NCBI GenBank assembly: GCA_010093815.1 | Contig: ML996567.1 | DNA length: 64,000 nucleotides | Reading direction: 5' to 3' (one strand) | Origin: Pseudovirgaria hyperparasitica | Lineage: Eukaryota | Translations under genes and position numbers: made by a program | Notes under the pieces: generated by a model | Told to the model about the DNA's origin: nothing | The model's database searches: none | The model's input: the letters and a program-made list of their open reading frames with translations, nothing else | Part shown: one piece after another, positions 49,842-64,000 of the stretch | Numbering within the stretch: the first letter of the stretch is position 1 | Layout of the letters: each line of letters starts with the position of its first letter

Positions 49842-52800
49842 TTAGGAAAGGCTGCGAGGGTTTTGCTGAATATGTTGGAATAAAGCATGGAAAAGTCGTT
49901 CAACCTGAGATTGCGTTAGCAGGATACCTTTGCCATCAGAAGAGCATCGATGCTCACCTCTGGTGTCGCCTTAATAAACGGCAGGTTCCAGAAGGCTTGT
50001 TTGTGCGTTTCCATGATTTCCAGGAGGGTGATGATAAGACCCCATGGATGCGGTCTATGAACAATGAGTCGCTCGAGAAGGATTCTGGAAATGATCTGCT
50101 GTACTTCCAGTGCTTTGGAATCTGTCGAACCGAACAGGTGTAGGATCATGTAACTATAGTAACAGGTATGACTATTGGGCCACCTAAGCTGATTGGCCAG
50201 AGCACCTAACAGATAATAGGTAGCTTCTGGTCGCAGATTCTTCGAAAGTGCCTCCAGAAGCCGTACTGAGCCTGATGCCGGGTTGAACGACGGTGAATTG
50301 TTCTCCGTTGAAGAAGCCACATAGATAACGATGGCATTCAACAACTGATCGTTGACTGTCACAGGAATACTAGAGAGTCCAGTTTCGAGTTTTGTATGAG
50401 TATTGATAGCCTGAGAAATCTTCTCGTAGTCCTCAGAAGTTTGATCTGGGTCATGGATCATATTGTCAAGAGCGTCTTTGATCCCAGAGCGGAGTATGTA
50501 CCCATCAATATCAGCCCTAATGACAGGCGCCTTACGTACCTCTTCCAGTCTATCGATCTTCAGACCGGCCATGAAGGGATCTGGCAGTTCTGGGAATGAA
50601 GATGGATATGCACTCAAGACTAGATTTCTGAGTTGTGTGCAGTGAGCCGGTATAGCATTGCACAGGCGGAAGTGGTTTTCCGCTAGGAACTCTGGGAAGT
50701 CGTGATGGATGACGAGTAGTAGTCTGAGTACAGCGCGATAGAGCGTCTGCGCGGCAAGGGAAACGTCGTTGGACTTTACCAACTCACCAGTGAAAGCCAA
50801 TGCGGTCTCAATCAAGCGAGTATACATCTCCCAGCACTCGTCGTCGCCATTTTTTACGAAGGTTTCAAGAATAATCCGATGTGCGATGAGCGCGAGCCAG
50901 CCGAAGGCGAAGCAGGGAAAATATACTGGTTGCATGGCGAGAAAGGCCTTGCCCATGACAATATACATCTGCTTTTCAAGTCCAATGAAGCTATGCTTCG
51001 AAGCCTGAAGCTCGCAGATGATCGATGCGAACAACCGGAAGAAGACTTTCTGATTGAAACCTTCACCCTTTGTGTGATGATGTTGACACAAGAGGAGGAC
51101 AACAACTGAGAGAAGTCTTTCGAAATGTTTTGGCTTCGACTCTTTGACAGCGCCATCAACGGGACCCAGTTGAGCTACAAGTGCGACAATGAGGCGAGCC
51201 AGGGCGTCCACATTGACATAAGCAGTGTCAAGACTTCCACCATACAGTATCCGCTCTTCAACTTCATAAGACTCAATGGATATCGCGATGCAGGTTCGGA
51301 GAAAGAGGGCGGTAGCTTCCTTATCTCCAGTAATTCCCAAGGTGCGTAGTTGGCTGATGAAAGAGGATAAAGTATTTTCAGAGACACCCTGTCGCTGTAG
51401 TTGTCCCCATTCGATAAAAGCGTACTCCATAGTATACTCCTTGCTTTGATGTGCGTTCATGAGGGCTTCTTCGGGCTTCGCCGGTGCATTAAGCTTCGAC
51501 AGAACCGTCTTGACGCGCGTGAAGTCAGGGAATTCGGTGAGCCAATCGCTGAGAGCCTCGAAAGTGACGGCAAAGTCCGATCGCATGACGATAGGTACTT
51601 CGCCACTAATCATTTCATCCATCAAGTCCGATAGGAATTCTATAGCGATCTCCCTCCGAGACATCAGAGCCCTGGCAATTGCAACGTCAACCTTGTGGAT
51701 GTCAAGAAGTCGCTCCTTGAGGAGGCATAGAGCTGCAAAGGCGTTGAACACACGGTCCTCCTCTAAAGGATCCAGCCAAATGATAACCTGTCGGGCTGTT
51801 GCCACCGTTGATTGGCACAATCGAGAAAGCAACATCACAAAGACTTCAACCTCAAGTCGACTGCTTTTGTCAGAATATATGAAGTTCGTGGCCTTGCTGG
51901 CAGCAGTCAAGCATAGCATATCTTTATGAGTGCCGGCGTTGTCTACAAGTGCAAGTATTTGATCGTAGAATCGACTGATCGGCGACGTCTGAGATAGGTC
52001 TTCTATGCGGGTCTCGTTAGCATCGCATACCGCACGCTGCAGATCTGTCATGAGCTCCAGTAATCGATCACTAGCAGCATTGTGGTCTAGGAAGCCGTTC
52101 ATGTGTTGGTTTATTTGCTGCTGGGGAGGCAGCGATTGCAATCTTGGCGGCGGCTGAATGTTCTGGCGCGGCGCGGCTGGAGCCTCGGCTGGGTTTGGAA
52201 GGGTTGAAACTGTAGGGAATGGTTCCTGAAGCACATCTGGTACCTGTCGACTGCTATCTTGGGAAGCTGTATTGGCGTGAGCGATAGCAGGCCGAACTTG
52301 GCGTCCGAATTCTTCATATATTGCCTGTTGATCTTGATTGAGGCCACCGGGGCTCTGTTTGTAAGGTTCAGGAATGTAGAAGGCCCATTGACTGATACTT
52401 GGGTCTTTGAAGGGCTCGTTTGAACGACTTTGTCGATACATGCGACGAGAACGAACCAATTCTTCTATTTGGAGGTCGATTTCTGCCAAAGACTTCATCT
52501 CCGCAGCCTGTTCCACCGTGTTACACACCAAATCTAGGTTGTCATTAACAAACATCATGATTAATCCTTCAGGGAGAGCCTGATTAGGTGTATCACGAGC
52601 GAGGACTCGGATGTTGTTCATGATGCTCATTCTGAGGGGCTCTTTACAGGTAACGAGTGCCAAGCTTCCAGAGAGAGACTTGACTACGTTATGGGCGGCG
52701 CCTCGCAATTTCTCTTCGTCGGGTTCAAGCGCGAAGTCCTTAGCCACAAGCTGCTGTGTCGATATCGCGGCAATTGTGACTGAGCGCTCTACAACCGGGG

Positions 52801-55800
52801 CAATGATCTCAGCCACCGCCTGTTGGGCTGCATTTAGTAGGATATTATTCATCCTTGGGTCATTCCCCGGTGGGTACGAGAGCATGTCTCTGAGATCTGG
52901 CAATGTAGCCGCAATTGCGGCAGGCGAGAATCTGCCACTAGGGCCTCGGTTCCTATTCAGACCCATAAGAGAAAGCTCGCTGAACCCTTCCATACCTTCT
53001 GGAAGTAGCGACGACATGTCGAATTCTTCCTGTGGTGGTCTGGCACGAATGCAAGTAGATGGCTCGATGTTTTTATGGTTCAACTTGAGATCTTGGCACA
53101 GCACCTCAATCTCGAATTTGAGATTTAATTTAAGCTCGGTGAACTGATAGAGCTCCAACAGTAGGCCAATGATTTCCATGAGCCACGGGTTTGGGGGCCG
53201 GAAAACTGTCGAACTGGCTGCCTTGACAAGCACTTTACAGGTGAATGGGATGACAATCACCAGTCTCTGCGTATCATGACCTTGGATGAGAAGGTCTTTG
53301 AATGATATATTTTTGAAGAGGATTGGCTTATCACGCGCAATCGTCAATGATCCGAGCCACCCACCGAGGTTCTTCAGATGAGTGCGTTCGGTGGAGTTAC
53401 TTACGGTCGATTCGCAATTCAGCATTCGAATGACCGATACATAGGTCTCGCGTAGAACCTCTGCCCATAGTGTTTTGTCGTCGAGAAGCTGGAGCATGTC
53501 GAGATAGAGGTTTTGAAAATTTGGTTGCATTTTGGCGCGTTCCTCGACAAGATAGTTTGCAAACCATTGGTGGTGCTTCTTCTCCAGGACTTCTTTCAGA
53601 TCTTTGAGCTTGTCTTTAAGGTTGCGTTCGGAGACATTGTTCAGGACGAAGAGTACCTTGTCGGATACATCTTCGTCTGGCTCCTCATAAACATCATCTT
53701 GTTGCTGCTCCCCAACATGGAGGCATGTGAAATTCGGGACCGCAGGTTCTGCAGCCAGAAAATCCTCGACACTGGTTCCGTTTGGCATCCCGACGCCGTT
53801 CGGCGCCTCCCCATTGATATCGGAATGCTGCCCACCAACGATGTCTTGTGCTTTGAGAAAAACCTCAGTTCCCACAAGACCTGGCACCCTCAGTAGCCTA
53901 TCGCAGAAGCTAGGCCACTCCTGCAGGCGATCAGAGAAATGTAGAAGTGCCTGGAGACCAAATTTGTACATAGACTCGTCGGGCTGAGATTCCTGGACAG
54001 CTTCCAGAACCATTGCTAGGCCAGCCTGGAGAGCAATTCTCGAGAGTAAGCGATAATTGATTATCCCCCCGAAAAGTACCGCAGTCGTAGCTAGGGCGTC
54101 AAGAGGATATTCTCCGAAGCAGTTATATTCGTCAAAGAGCCCGTGGATCATACACGCAAAGAGGTCCTGATCGGCTGGATCTTCTGATGTCTTGTACTTC
54201 CGAAGGGCATCGACGATGTCCCGTACATCAGACTCTTTAGCATACATCGTTCGATAATGTTCCTGCATCTTTTCATCAGCGTCAGCCGAGACTGAATTGC
54301 CGTCTTTGCCATTCTGATCTATGATGCCATCGAAACCTTCGCCGTAGTTGATCAATCGTGGGTACGATTGAATACAAGCCCTTTGGAGGGTTACAAGATC
54401 CTCATCAGGCACCTGGTTCTCCATGATTGATAACAGGTATTGAACTGTTTTCACAGCCAGGGGTACGGTCGTAGGTGGGACTTTCTCTCGTTGAGAATGA
54501 AGCTCATTTTCTGCTTTCGCGTGGAGGAAGTTACCTAAAGCCTTTGGAAACATTTGGGGCATGTTGATAAACATCTCCTGAGCCCAAGGGTTAATATCGT
54601 GAATATCGCGTGCGTGTACTTGTGCGGCGAGATCTAGACTCAATTCATTGCATGCCTGAATCAAAGCGGGAATCCATCCATGTTCGTGTGCATGCTCCAA
54701 AATTACTATAAGCAGCATATGGTTCGAGGTGTACGCATCGATGAGCCGGCCTGCGATCCAGCTGTAATCTTGCTTCCAGAGACCGTGCATGACGAATTGA
54801 TAGTGTGGTAGTGACTTGATGAGAAATGGATGAAAAAGCTGTCTAAGTGCCTGGTCCTGCAGGCCACCCCAAGGCTTTGGGACTGCTGCAGCGGATATGA
54901 GGAATATATCGGTATTCGCGTTGATGACCGTTTCGGGGATACCTAAACTCTGGGCATGGTTGTATGCTTCTGGTGATCGGAAAATCGTGGTAAAAAGAGC
55001 ACTGGTTGCGTCCAGAGATGCCATTGGATGATGCATAGACTTGTCGGCGAAACCTTTCACTTCGTCAGAAGCATCCTCGAACATTTCGCGGCTGTAAGCT
55101 TTGCGCAGACGGGGTATCTCCTCAGCGTCAAGGTCTTCGGTTGAGCATGATAGAAAAGCTACAACGAAGGAGAGCTGGGTCTCAGAGTATTTCCAGGCCC
55201 CACCCCACATGAGTTGGATGTCGAAATTTTCGTAGTCTTGTGCGAGCGGAAGCAGGGCTCGGTAAAGAGACAGAAATTGTTGTTTCGTGACTCGTAGCGT
55301 CTCTCGATCTAGTGAATGAACAATGTCTTGCCAATCTAGACGTTGGCCCGCCCGATGCTCCCGCAAGGCAGCGACAAAATTCGTCGCGTTGAAGGGCTGC
55401 GATCCCTGGCAGATGACCATATAGAGTAAGGCTGAAGTCACTTGTGTGTAACTGATGTTGCGCACTTCCACAGTAGAAAGCGTTTCCTTGCAGCTGTCCA
55501 ATGTCGCTGTAGCCTGTGGACCTGCGCGATGGAAAGTCCTCACAATATGGTTCTCTGGCCCCATAAGCTCCACCATGTACAGTGCGGAGCCTATTTCAGC
55601 AGGCGGCGAAAGATGCAGTGCTCTGAACCGAGCAACAAGTGCGTTCCTCAGATCGTATTTGCTCTCATCGTTCCAATTACGAGGTGGGTATTGAGCGAGT
55701 CTTTCTATTACGGATGCGAGGAAAGCAGTCGACAATTCGTCTGCAGGCTGCGAAATTGCGTGAAGGAAGTTCGTGTAGTTGTTCGTGAGGATCGCGTCCG

Positions 55801-56820
55801 CTGTTTCATATAAGCTTCAAGTCTATAACACATTGCCAACGGGACTTTACCTTTCGTCCTCAAGTCTGATTTGCCAGTCGTCTTGAACGCAAGTGCGAGA
55901 GTCGTCTTTGCAACTGGATCTAATTTGAAATGCTCCATAAATGTTGAGAGATCGAAGTTCCTGAATATATCTCCATCCGTAGTGTCCACTGACTCCGCTA
56001 TTCTTTGTGCTTGTTGAGGGTCCTGTAGAATCTTCTGCATCTCTGTCACGAGGAGGTTGTACGTGTTTGGATTTGCGCTCTCTACTGGTCTCCCGTCAAA
56101 TACTTGACCTGCATGGGTGACCAGCAGTCGCTTGAAGTACTTGGAGAATACCTCCATGCCGTTCGAATCCACCAGCTAGTGACAGTGGTCAGTACTTTGT
56201 CCCATTTTACAGAAGAAGATCCAATAGTAACATACTTTGCGAATCTGGTCCGTTTGCGCCTGCGCTTTATCGTCTTTAATTGTGCTCAGTAGCAAGAATA
56301 CTTGAGCGATGACGATCTTAGCTAGAGACTGACCCGGAGGTACGGAAGTGAGATTACTCGCTAGGCTTGGTGATGCCACAGTGCTTGGCTGTGAGAGCGA
56401 TGGGGAAGCTCGTGCAAGTCTTGATCCTCCTCCGCCGCTGCTAGAATTGGCCCCACCAGTTTGCGAAGCGGAAGACAGAGCTGCGGCGGAGGAAGCCGGG
56501 TGTGGGTTATTGGTTGACGCTATGGTTCTTGATCTCGCAGAAGACAGCAGCTGGCCTGGAAGAGGCTGCTGCGATCCTGACTGGTTAGGAGTGAAAGGTG
56601 AAGAGGTTGAAGATGTAGAGGAATTGCGACTGATTGTGTGCCTCGGAGGAGGGAGGCCGGGAAAGGCAGCGTTTGCGGGAGAAAAGTTGGGGCGTGAAGG
56701 GCTGTTCGATGCGGTGTTTGAGCGGTTTGTCGAATTATTTAATGCGGTCGAGATGGGTGTTAAGCCACGACGACTGCTCTGGTGCTGACTGGAGGAGCCC
56801 CAAGAGAATTGCTGGCTCAT
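49842..56820 (-). CDS. NOT1: CCR4-NOT complex scaffold subunit Not1, >=4 exons (an extra first exon from 57085 is possible)
   Basis: IVIAQVFLLL, FACMIHGLFDEY, DKVLFVLNNVS, HLKNLGGWLGSLT, LVTCKEPLR, FPEFLAENHFRLC, LLERLIVHRPHPWGL. Last exon VERLF...TAA at 49842. Confidence 0.96.
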
Positions 56821-57648
56821 TAGACCCGATATCCCATTTGACCCGCAATCAGCGTCAGATGAACGATGAAGACGCGTTGGCGATGGAATAGGTAGGAAAG
56901 CAAGATGCAAATGGAATTAAGCTCGTGATGGGATTGCGATCGTAAGAACAAGAAAGAGAGGTCGACATGCCAAGACTGAAAAAGGGAGCTAGGGCTGGGA
57001 GGCTAAGTTCTCGCAGCAAGATAATAAGTACTTGCGTACTGGTGGCACGACTGGGCTGCGGTAAAGCGCGAGGACTTTGTAGCATCCTCTTGCTACCACT
57101 CAAACGTTATCTACACTCAACTCTATCATCTACACCACAAGCTCTTATATTTGGAAGCTTATGAGTACAAGTAATCAGATGAGCGCTGCTGCTCACATGT
57201 ACCATTGCTAGATACGTAGCAACAAGCCTTGAAGCCTTTCTGAAGAGCACAGCCTTTAGAGCGAATGAACGCGAAGAAACGCGAAGAGCATTCCAACACG
57301 ATTTACCTGGGTGTGTGTCCTGACCAAATAGTATGTACGGTCAAAGTAAATATAATCCTGCTAGCATCATTGATGCATCAGTATCGAATTGTTCAGGAGC
57401 ATGTTCGGTATCCAGCGAAGGCCACCACTTGGGCACCAGATGCGGGGAGTATACTAGGCATATTTCGGTTAGTTTGAGGCCGTTGCTGGCGGCAACCGAA
57501 TCCAAACAACCGCGCTGATCCTTGAACCCCAATCTCGAGGGTTCTATATCACAATATACCAAAACCCTCGATATAGCACTTCGATATCTCTATATTCTTC
57601 TGATTGTGTATACAAATCTCGAAACATCCCCTTGAGAAGCGAGGCAAC

Positions 57649-60600
57649 ATGCCTTCTGCGACGGCCACAGAGCCACCTTCAGTCTCCCTTTCCTGTATTT
57701 ACTAGCTTCCAGATCGGGATATGTTGCAGCATTACTGACCAGCCTCAGTCGCGAACAACTTCTGGGGTAAAGATGACGCCGGCGTTTCCCCTCTACTCGA
57801 GCGTATGCACAATGCGAAAGTTACTGGCGACGAATTAAAGTCCTTTTATGCTGCAAGAGCAGCAATCGAAGACGAATATGCCCGCAAGCTTCTCAATCTG
57901 GCTCGGAAGCCCTTAGGATCCTCGGAAGCCGGTACACTTCGCATGTCACTGGATGTCATTCGTGGTGAGGTCGAGTCGACCGGCAAAGCACACCAAAACA
58001 TCGCCCAGCAAATGAAGACTGAACTGGAAGAGCAACTGGCAGCTTTTGCCGGTGGAATGAAAGAGAGGCGAAAGATTGTTCAGAACGGCATTGAAAAATT
58101 GCTGAAATTGAAGATGCAACAGACGTCGACCGTCAACAAGGTATGATCTGTCCCCATGTGTACAAAGAACAGCTACTGAAAATATCACGTAGGCCCGCGA
58201 CCGTTATGAGCAAGACTGTCTTAAGATAAAGGGTTTCCTCGCACAGGCACACATGGTTATGGGACAAGAAGAGCGTAAAAATAAGGCTAAACTCGAGAAG
58301 ACACAAATTCAGCTATCCACTACAAGCTCAGAGTACGAGGCCGCAGTCAAAGTCCTCGAAGAAACGACAGGTCGATGGAACCGTGATTGGAAGGCTGCTT
58401 GCGATGTAAGAATCGTCTCCAAGGTCCAAGAGCTCCATTAACAACGCCGACAGAAATTCCAGGATCTAGAAGAAGAGAGAGTTGACTTCATGAAAAGCAG
58501 TCTTTGGACTTTCGCAAATATTGCGTCAACTGTCTGTGTCAGCGATGATGCGGTATGTGGGATTTATTGACGTGATCAAGCCTGGCTAACATGAACGTAG
58601 TCGTGTGAAAAGATCCGCTTGTCACTCGAAGACTGCGATGTAGAAAAGGACATCATATCCTTTATCAAGGAAAATGGAACAGGCCAGGAGATTCCGGACC
58701 CACCAAAGTTTATAGACTTCTGCAGGGGCGATGCCAGCGATAACCTTTCAGATGCCGATGACAACAGCTACTCGGTAGCTCAGTTCCAGCGAACGATGAA
58801 TCCAGCCTTCCGAACATCATCCCCTCAGCCTTCCTTACTAGACTCCCACCATGATCCTAACAACGTATTAGCTCGTGAATTTGGACTAAAGGAGGATCAG
58901 CCATCTCCTCGGCTGGACGCAAGCTCAGGTCAAACACCTTTAAACGTATCGCAATCCTCCTATTCTTCACAAATCAGACCTCGTGCGGATTCACGTGCTG
59001 AATCGCTTCACCAGCAGCTCGAACAAGGGCAATTTGGAGAAATTCCAAAAATTCCGTACAATGAACACCCAATGGACGGAATGACTCAATTCTGTCGTTC
59101 CGGTGGCCCTCCTGTCGACCGCTCTCAACCCATTAGTAACCAACAACGGCCACCGTCTCGTGACGACCACAGTGATTACTCGAACCCAGCTTCATACTCG
59201 AGTGCTGACCCTCAAAGTGGAATGCACTCACCCACAAAGCAGATGCAATACAATCCACCTTCGCCAGTGAAGCAAATGTCTGATCCTGTGCCCAATTTAG
59301 AGGAGAAGCAAGTCCAGAAAAAGAAGAGCGGCTTCTTCCAAGGTCATAGCCCATTCCGGAGACGAAGCAAACACGAGAAGGAACAGAATGGCGCTAGCAA
59401 TACTAATAATCGTAACACCTGGTCACCGACAAAAGCTAAAGGACCCTTTGCTAAAGGGATTCATGCGTCTGTCGAGCGTTCTGCCTCTCCTGAGCCAATC
59501 GACCCTCGTGCGAACTTCCAGCTGAATGTTGGCAATAATGTATTTGACGTTGCCTCTCCCGACAAGAAAAAACAGGCACAGCCTAATGATTCAGCACAAG
59601 ATGACCTGGATCCCATTGCTCAAGCTCTAGCAGAACTCAAGGGGGTGGGCAAACAAGGAACGGTTCGTCAATCCGCAGATCGATACGCTGGCTTGCGGAC
59701 ACCCGCACCGCCCGGTAGTCCCAATCCCAGTGCTCCTCCTGCTGGTGCCGTTCCTACTCCGTATGCGAATCAGAATACTCGTGGCACGCCTCCACCATCG
59801 TATAATCCACCTATGAGCCGCCTTGGTGCACCCCAGCCAGCACATACAGCCAAACAAATGCAGCAGACCACAGAGAAGTATGTTAACCAGGCGCGTGGCG
59901 CGTTCAATGGCAATTCTTCGCGCCCAACGACTCGTGGTAGTGGAGGCCATGATGTGATGCGTGCTACCAGCCCTGCTCCGCCGCGAGCTACCAGCCCACG
60001 ACCTGGTATGTACAATGAACAGAACGGGCACATCAACCGGTCCACGTCCCCGAATCCGTATGGTTCGGGTCACGGTCGCCCACGGGCACAGTCGTCGAGC
60101 CCGATAAAGCAGCAAGCACCGAGCTCGTACGGAGGACACTCACGTGGAAATTCGCCCAATGCGCAGCCGGTTCCGCGTGCGGCGTCCCCGAACCCTCAAT
60201 TCAGGCGAGATTCTCATAGCAGACCTCTCAGCCGAGGCGGAGAAGGTATGGCACTGCAGCTAGCACCGGGTCCAAGTGAAACTGGCAGTACTTATGGCGG
60301 CAGTCAACGTAGCCGAGACGGACGACCGATGAGTAGCTACTACGGTAGCAACAGCGGACGTGGTAGTGACCTTGGCACTTATGGTGGGCAGTCTGTGGGA
60401 CAGGTTAGCACGAGGGTCAGAAGTAAGAGTGTAGCAGAAGCCAGACAGTATACTCCCGATGGCCGGGCGATCTTGCACTACGGTAAGTCTCCCTCTATGC
60501 TGCGCTTGTTTGAGGTTTGCTAATCTAGAGACCTAGCACGCGCAATGTACATGTACCAAGCTCAGATTCCAGAAGAGTTGTCTTTTGCAAAGGGGGATGT

Positions 60601-60706
60601 CCTTGCAGTGCTGCGACTCCAAGACGACGGATGGTGGGAGGCCGAGGTTGTAGGAAAGGCCAGCAGGCCGGGACTGGTGCCGAGTAATTATCTACAGAAC
60701 TGCTAG
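57649..60706 (+). CDS. HOF1: F-BAR/SH3 cytokinesis (septation) protein, Hof1/Cdc15/Imp2 family, ~6 exons
   Basis: SFANNFWGKDDAGV..L..RM, RAAIEDEYARKL, FQDLEEERVDF, GTGQEIPDPP; C-terminal SH3 ARAMYMYQAQIPEELSFAKGD...DGWWE...GLVPSNYL. Confidence 0.92.
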
Positions 60707-60960
60707 GGTGAAGCTGACACCCATTACACTGCTGATGCGTCTTGACTGGTATGGTATATGCGATTTTGATGTATATGACGGTAACTGCAGCGTATGTAGC
60801 ACGAAAATTGTGCAGATGCGGCTTTGATTTGGGTTATTTTGATATTGATCGCTCGCTGTCAAGGGTGCACATGGCGTTGAACAAATTCAGGTTCAAGACT
60901 GAGTATATATGCACGAAATAATGCCGTCTCTCTTTTTCACGTTGCGAGCGGACCTGTATG

Positions 60961-60983
60961 TGATGATGATGATGATGATGATG
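60961..60983. repeat. (TGA)n microsatellite, ~8 units
   Basis: tgatgatgatgatgatgatgatg in the region downstream of the F-BAR gene. Confidence 0.9.
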
Positions 60984-62388
60984 GAAATGGTGCTTGTCAT
61001 ATGTGATGCCTCAGGCCGTAACGGGATCGGTGAGCGCTAAGTAACAACCACGATGGAATCAAGAGGCCTGACTAATAATTAATGATTACCTGGCGGAGAG
61101 TTAATAATAGATAAGAGCTAGGAAGGTAAAGCCATGTTGCATATACTACGATTTAGCGAGGTGAGACATGCTGCCATATATGCATGAATGCAGCAGAGAT
61201 GCACACCCGCCTGGCCAATCTTCGGCCTGACGAACCAGTCATGCTGAAACACTGGCCACGATACGACAGCCAGCAGCCGCCACGTTCCTTGGGCTATTCT
61301 AAAGTCTCTGCTGCGCTACTCTATCACTGGCAGGTGAATATGACATCTGTCTGAAACCGATCAACTCGGCCCTGTAATTCTACATCAAACTAACTAGCAG
61401 ACAAGACTGAGTGGTCTGCTTGTCAGCTCACAGCAGCCCACTTAACTCTTTACCTTTGCTCAGCCACGCAGTGGTCGAGTAACAATAACACTGGAGGGAG
61501 CTGGACAACCCTTGAGTATCTAATATCGCTCTGTGCAGCCTTTCCCTTGTAACTTGTTACCCCTTGTCGCTTTCACACTTTGCCTCGAACTTCTCGCCAC
61601 AACACCATCTTGCTTTCTCTCCAGCATTTGAGAGCGCCGAGTGAAGCTGAGCCCGCGCGCAATCAAATTATATCTCACCCGAGCCAGCGACGAACTGGCG
61701 AAAAAGTAGTCTTCACGACGATTCGATAAGAGCTGCGCCACCACCTCTCCTACTCTCTCCCTCTCGGCCATTCTGTCGATTCCTACAGCTTTGCAACACA
61801 TCCTGTCGATCATTACTGCAATCTGAATCGCATTCTCGTTTTGGTTGCCTGATCGGTACCTTACTTGGACTATTCTAGGAACTGATTTCTATTCCTTAAA
61901 GGTAAGAGGCCTTAGGTCCATTTCTGTCCTTCAATCATTTTCGCACCACCGCGGTGCATCTTCAACACCTGTCGTGCGGGATATCACCGCTTTTCCTTCA
62001 CCTAACGTCGTCTTACAGAGGTGTTGTAGCCGCTATCAGTAATATTAATGTGAGCCATATTCTCGTTCGCCTCAACCAGTCATATCTTAGTTCCAAGTTG
62101 GTCAATGCAAGTGGGACACTTCACCATACACGTCGAACTCGACCTTAGATATCCTGCAAAGCAAATATCGATAACTGCCATTCACACATACGACACAAGG
62201 AAGATGTCAGACTGATGAGATGCCCCGGAAAGCCACGTGATAATATTGAACAATATTCAAGATGGGAGAATTTGGCGGCCAAAGCCTTCACTTATCTCGC
62301 GTGATTATATACTTGCGCCATTTGCTAATGCATTGATCTTCTAGGCCCTTCTTTGGTTCACACTGGCCCAGTCGTCCAACTTCCTACT

Positions 62389-63632
62389 ATGAGGAAAACA
62401 CGGATTCCGTATCCACTCTTCCAAAGAGACAAAGATCGCGAAAGACACCAAATCGGGAACCCTACTCTTGTAGAAACCACTTACGACCAGCGGCACCTTA
62501 GAAATGCCACCAACCTACGCGATGCTGGTGCAGTGTCCAAATCTCTGAGACAACGAACCTTTCCACAGCCAAGTGAACATGACGCGTCATATCAGCACGA
62601 GTGAGATATAGCCATCCATGCAGAGACTGGCAGCGCACTAATCTTCACAGTCATTTGAGACTACCACGGACACCTTTTGGCAATGAAGTTCGCATTTCCG
62701 CTGCGCCTACAGATGTATCTGAATACTCTCAAGGACAATCGAACTACGGGTACGACTACTATGATCATCCTACGGCTCAGACCTCACGCGGTGCCGACCA
62801 CTCACCTCAGATATCACCTATATTGGAGCCTACAAACCCTGACGGGCGGAATTCGATGCGAAGTGTGTCGCCTATTCGAGAACCTTTATCAGCAACAATA
62901 TTTCCGCAAACCCCGGAGCAGTTGCAGTCGAAGTGGTCGCCTAACACTGCTTCACCGGAGTCTACCTTCACACATAGATCAACAATGCCGGTACAGTCAA
63001 AGTTTTCACCAGTGTCGACTATATCTCCACAGTCAAAGCGTTCTGGTAGATCCGTTGCCGTACCTGAGTCAAAGTTCTCGGCCCATTCGACCCCGCAATC
63101 TAATTACTCTCCTCAATCAACTTTTGCGCCCGTACCGCGATATACAGGTTTCATTGACAACCGTCGCCCTCGACCATCAAGCCTCGCCGATTCTCTCACC
63201 ACGGTCAACACAAAGAATACGACTGCAACAACCCGTAAACCGGTACCCCACCGTGTTGCTTCTTCGACAGCTGCCTCCATCATGACCAACGCAACCGCGA
63301 AAGCCCTGCCACCACCACCAATGGACCTCGATCCCAAAGATCGCATTGCAAACCTTGAAGCACGCATGGGTGATTTATATGTTCAGAAGAGCAATATCAC
63401 CCGAATCATTGCCGATCTCAAAGAGACGAAACCGCAGAACCCTCTGCTCTCCGATATCGCGAAAAGGAGAGAAGATGAAAGAAGATTGCAGGAATTGGAG
63501 GAGCAGCTGCACAACATCGTAAGCGAGGAACATGAGACGGGGGTCAGTCTGAGTAGGGCGTGGAGAAAACGCGATGAGGAGAACCCGGAGTTTTCGTCGA
63601 GCGTCTTGTGGATTCACAGGGTCACCTCATAA
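62389..63632 (+). CDS. Conserved fungal hypothetical protein, S/P-rich with C-terminal coiled coil, 2 coding exons
   Basis: ATG 62389 (IGNPTLVETT), intron ~62601-62650, then KALPPPP..DRIANLEAR..EEHETGVSLSRAWRKRD..LWIHRVTS. Confidence 0.78.
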
Positions 63633-64000
63633 CGGCATTCGTTGGAGAACATAGGAGCCCTTTAGCATTCGGAGAAATGTACGAACGAGATCGTGCTGGA
63701 TCTAGAAACGAATTTCTTGGGACACTATATAGCATTGGTTCTGACATACCCCCATTTGCGAAGGAGTTTGGCATATGTGTAATGGCTGGTAGCAGTGAAC
63801 CTCGAGAATTTTCCTTATATTAGAAGAGAGTCGGAAATAGCTTCTTGTATCCTTTGCCTCCAAACGAGGTAAACAGGTTCTGCTCCCTGCTTGTGCTTGA
63901 GTTATCGTGACTTCGTATTCAACCCTGCACGTGATCATGGCTAGCCGATGTTGCCGACCTCAAACTTCGATTTTCCCACCAGGTGACTGCTGTTAGACTA

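Overview
Gene-dense, intron-rich DNA from a filamentous ascomycete (Pezizomycotina; Dothideomycete-like is my impression, not proven). About 25 protein genes can be modelled. Most are conserved housekeeping genes: HOM6 5' end, an auxin-efflux/AEC-family transporter, a Crd2-type metallothionein, a Zn2Cys6 factor, TAD2, SEC11, NHP6, CENP-H, ATG11, TRAPPC12-like, ILV2, rhamnose mutarotase, an OSCA/TMEM63 channel, a UFD1/AZUL zinc-finger protein, PGM, NOT1 and a HOF1/Cdc15-type F-BAR protein. There is also one intron-containing tRNA-Gly(CCC). The most unusual segment is ~38.3-43.4 kb, an accessory three-gene module between the UFD1-like gene and PGM. It consists of a divergent protein kinase head-to-head with a ~70-aa spliced micro-gene and a multi-exon CorA-like two-TM membrane protein gene. 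The latter two carry nonsense mutations (mostly compatible with CpA->TpA changes), and the CorA-like gene also has frameshifts. A secreted protein with four 93-nt tandem repeats and a possibly processed amphipathic C-terminal peptide lies just downstream. All gene models and exon boundaries were read by eye and are unverified.
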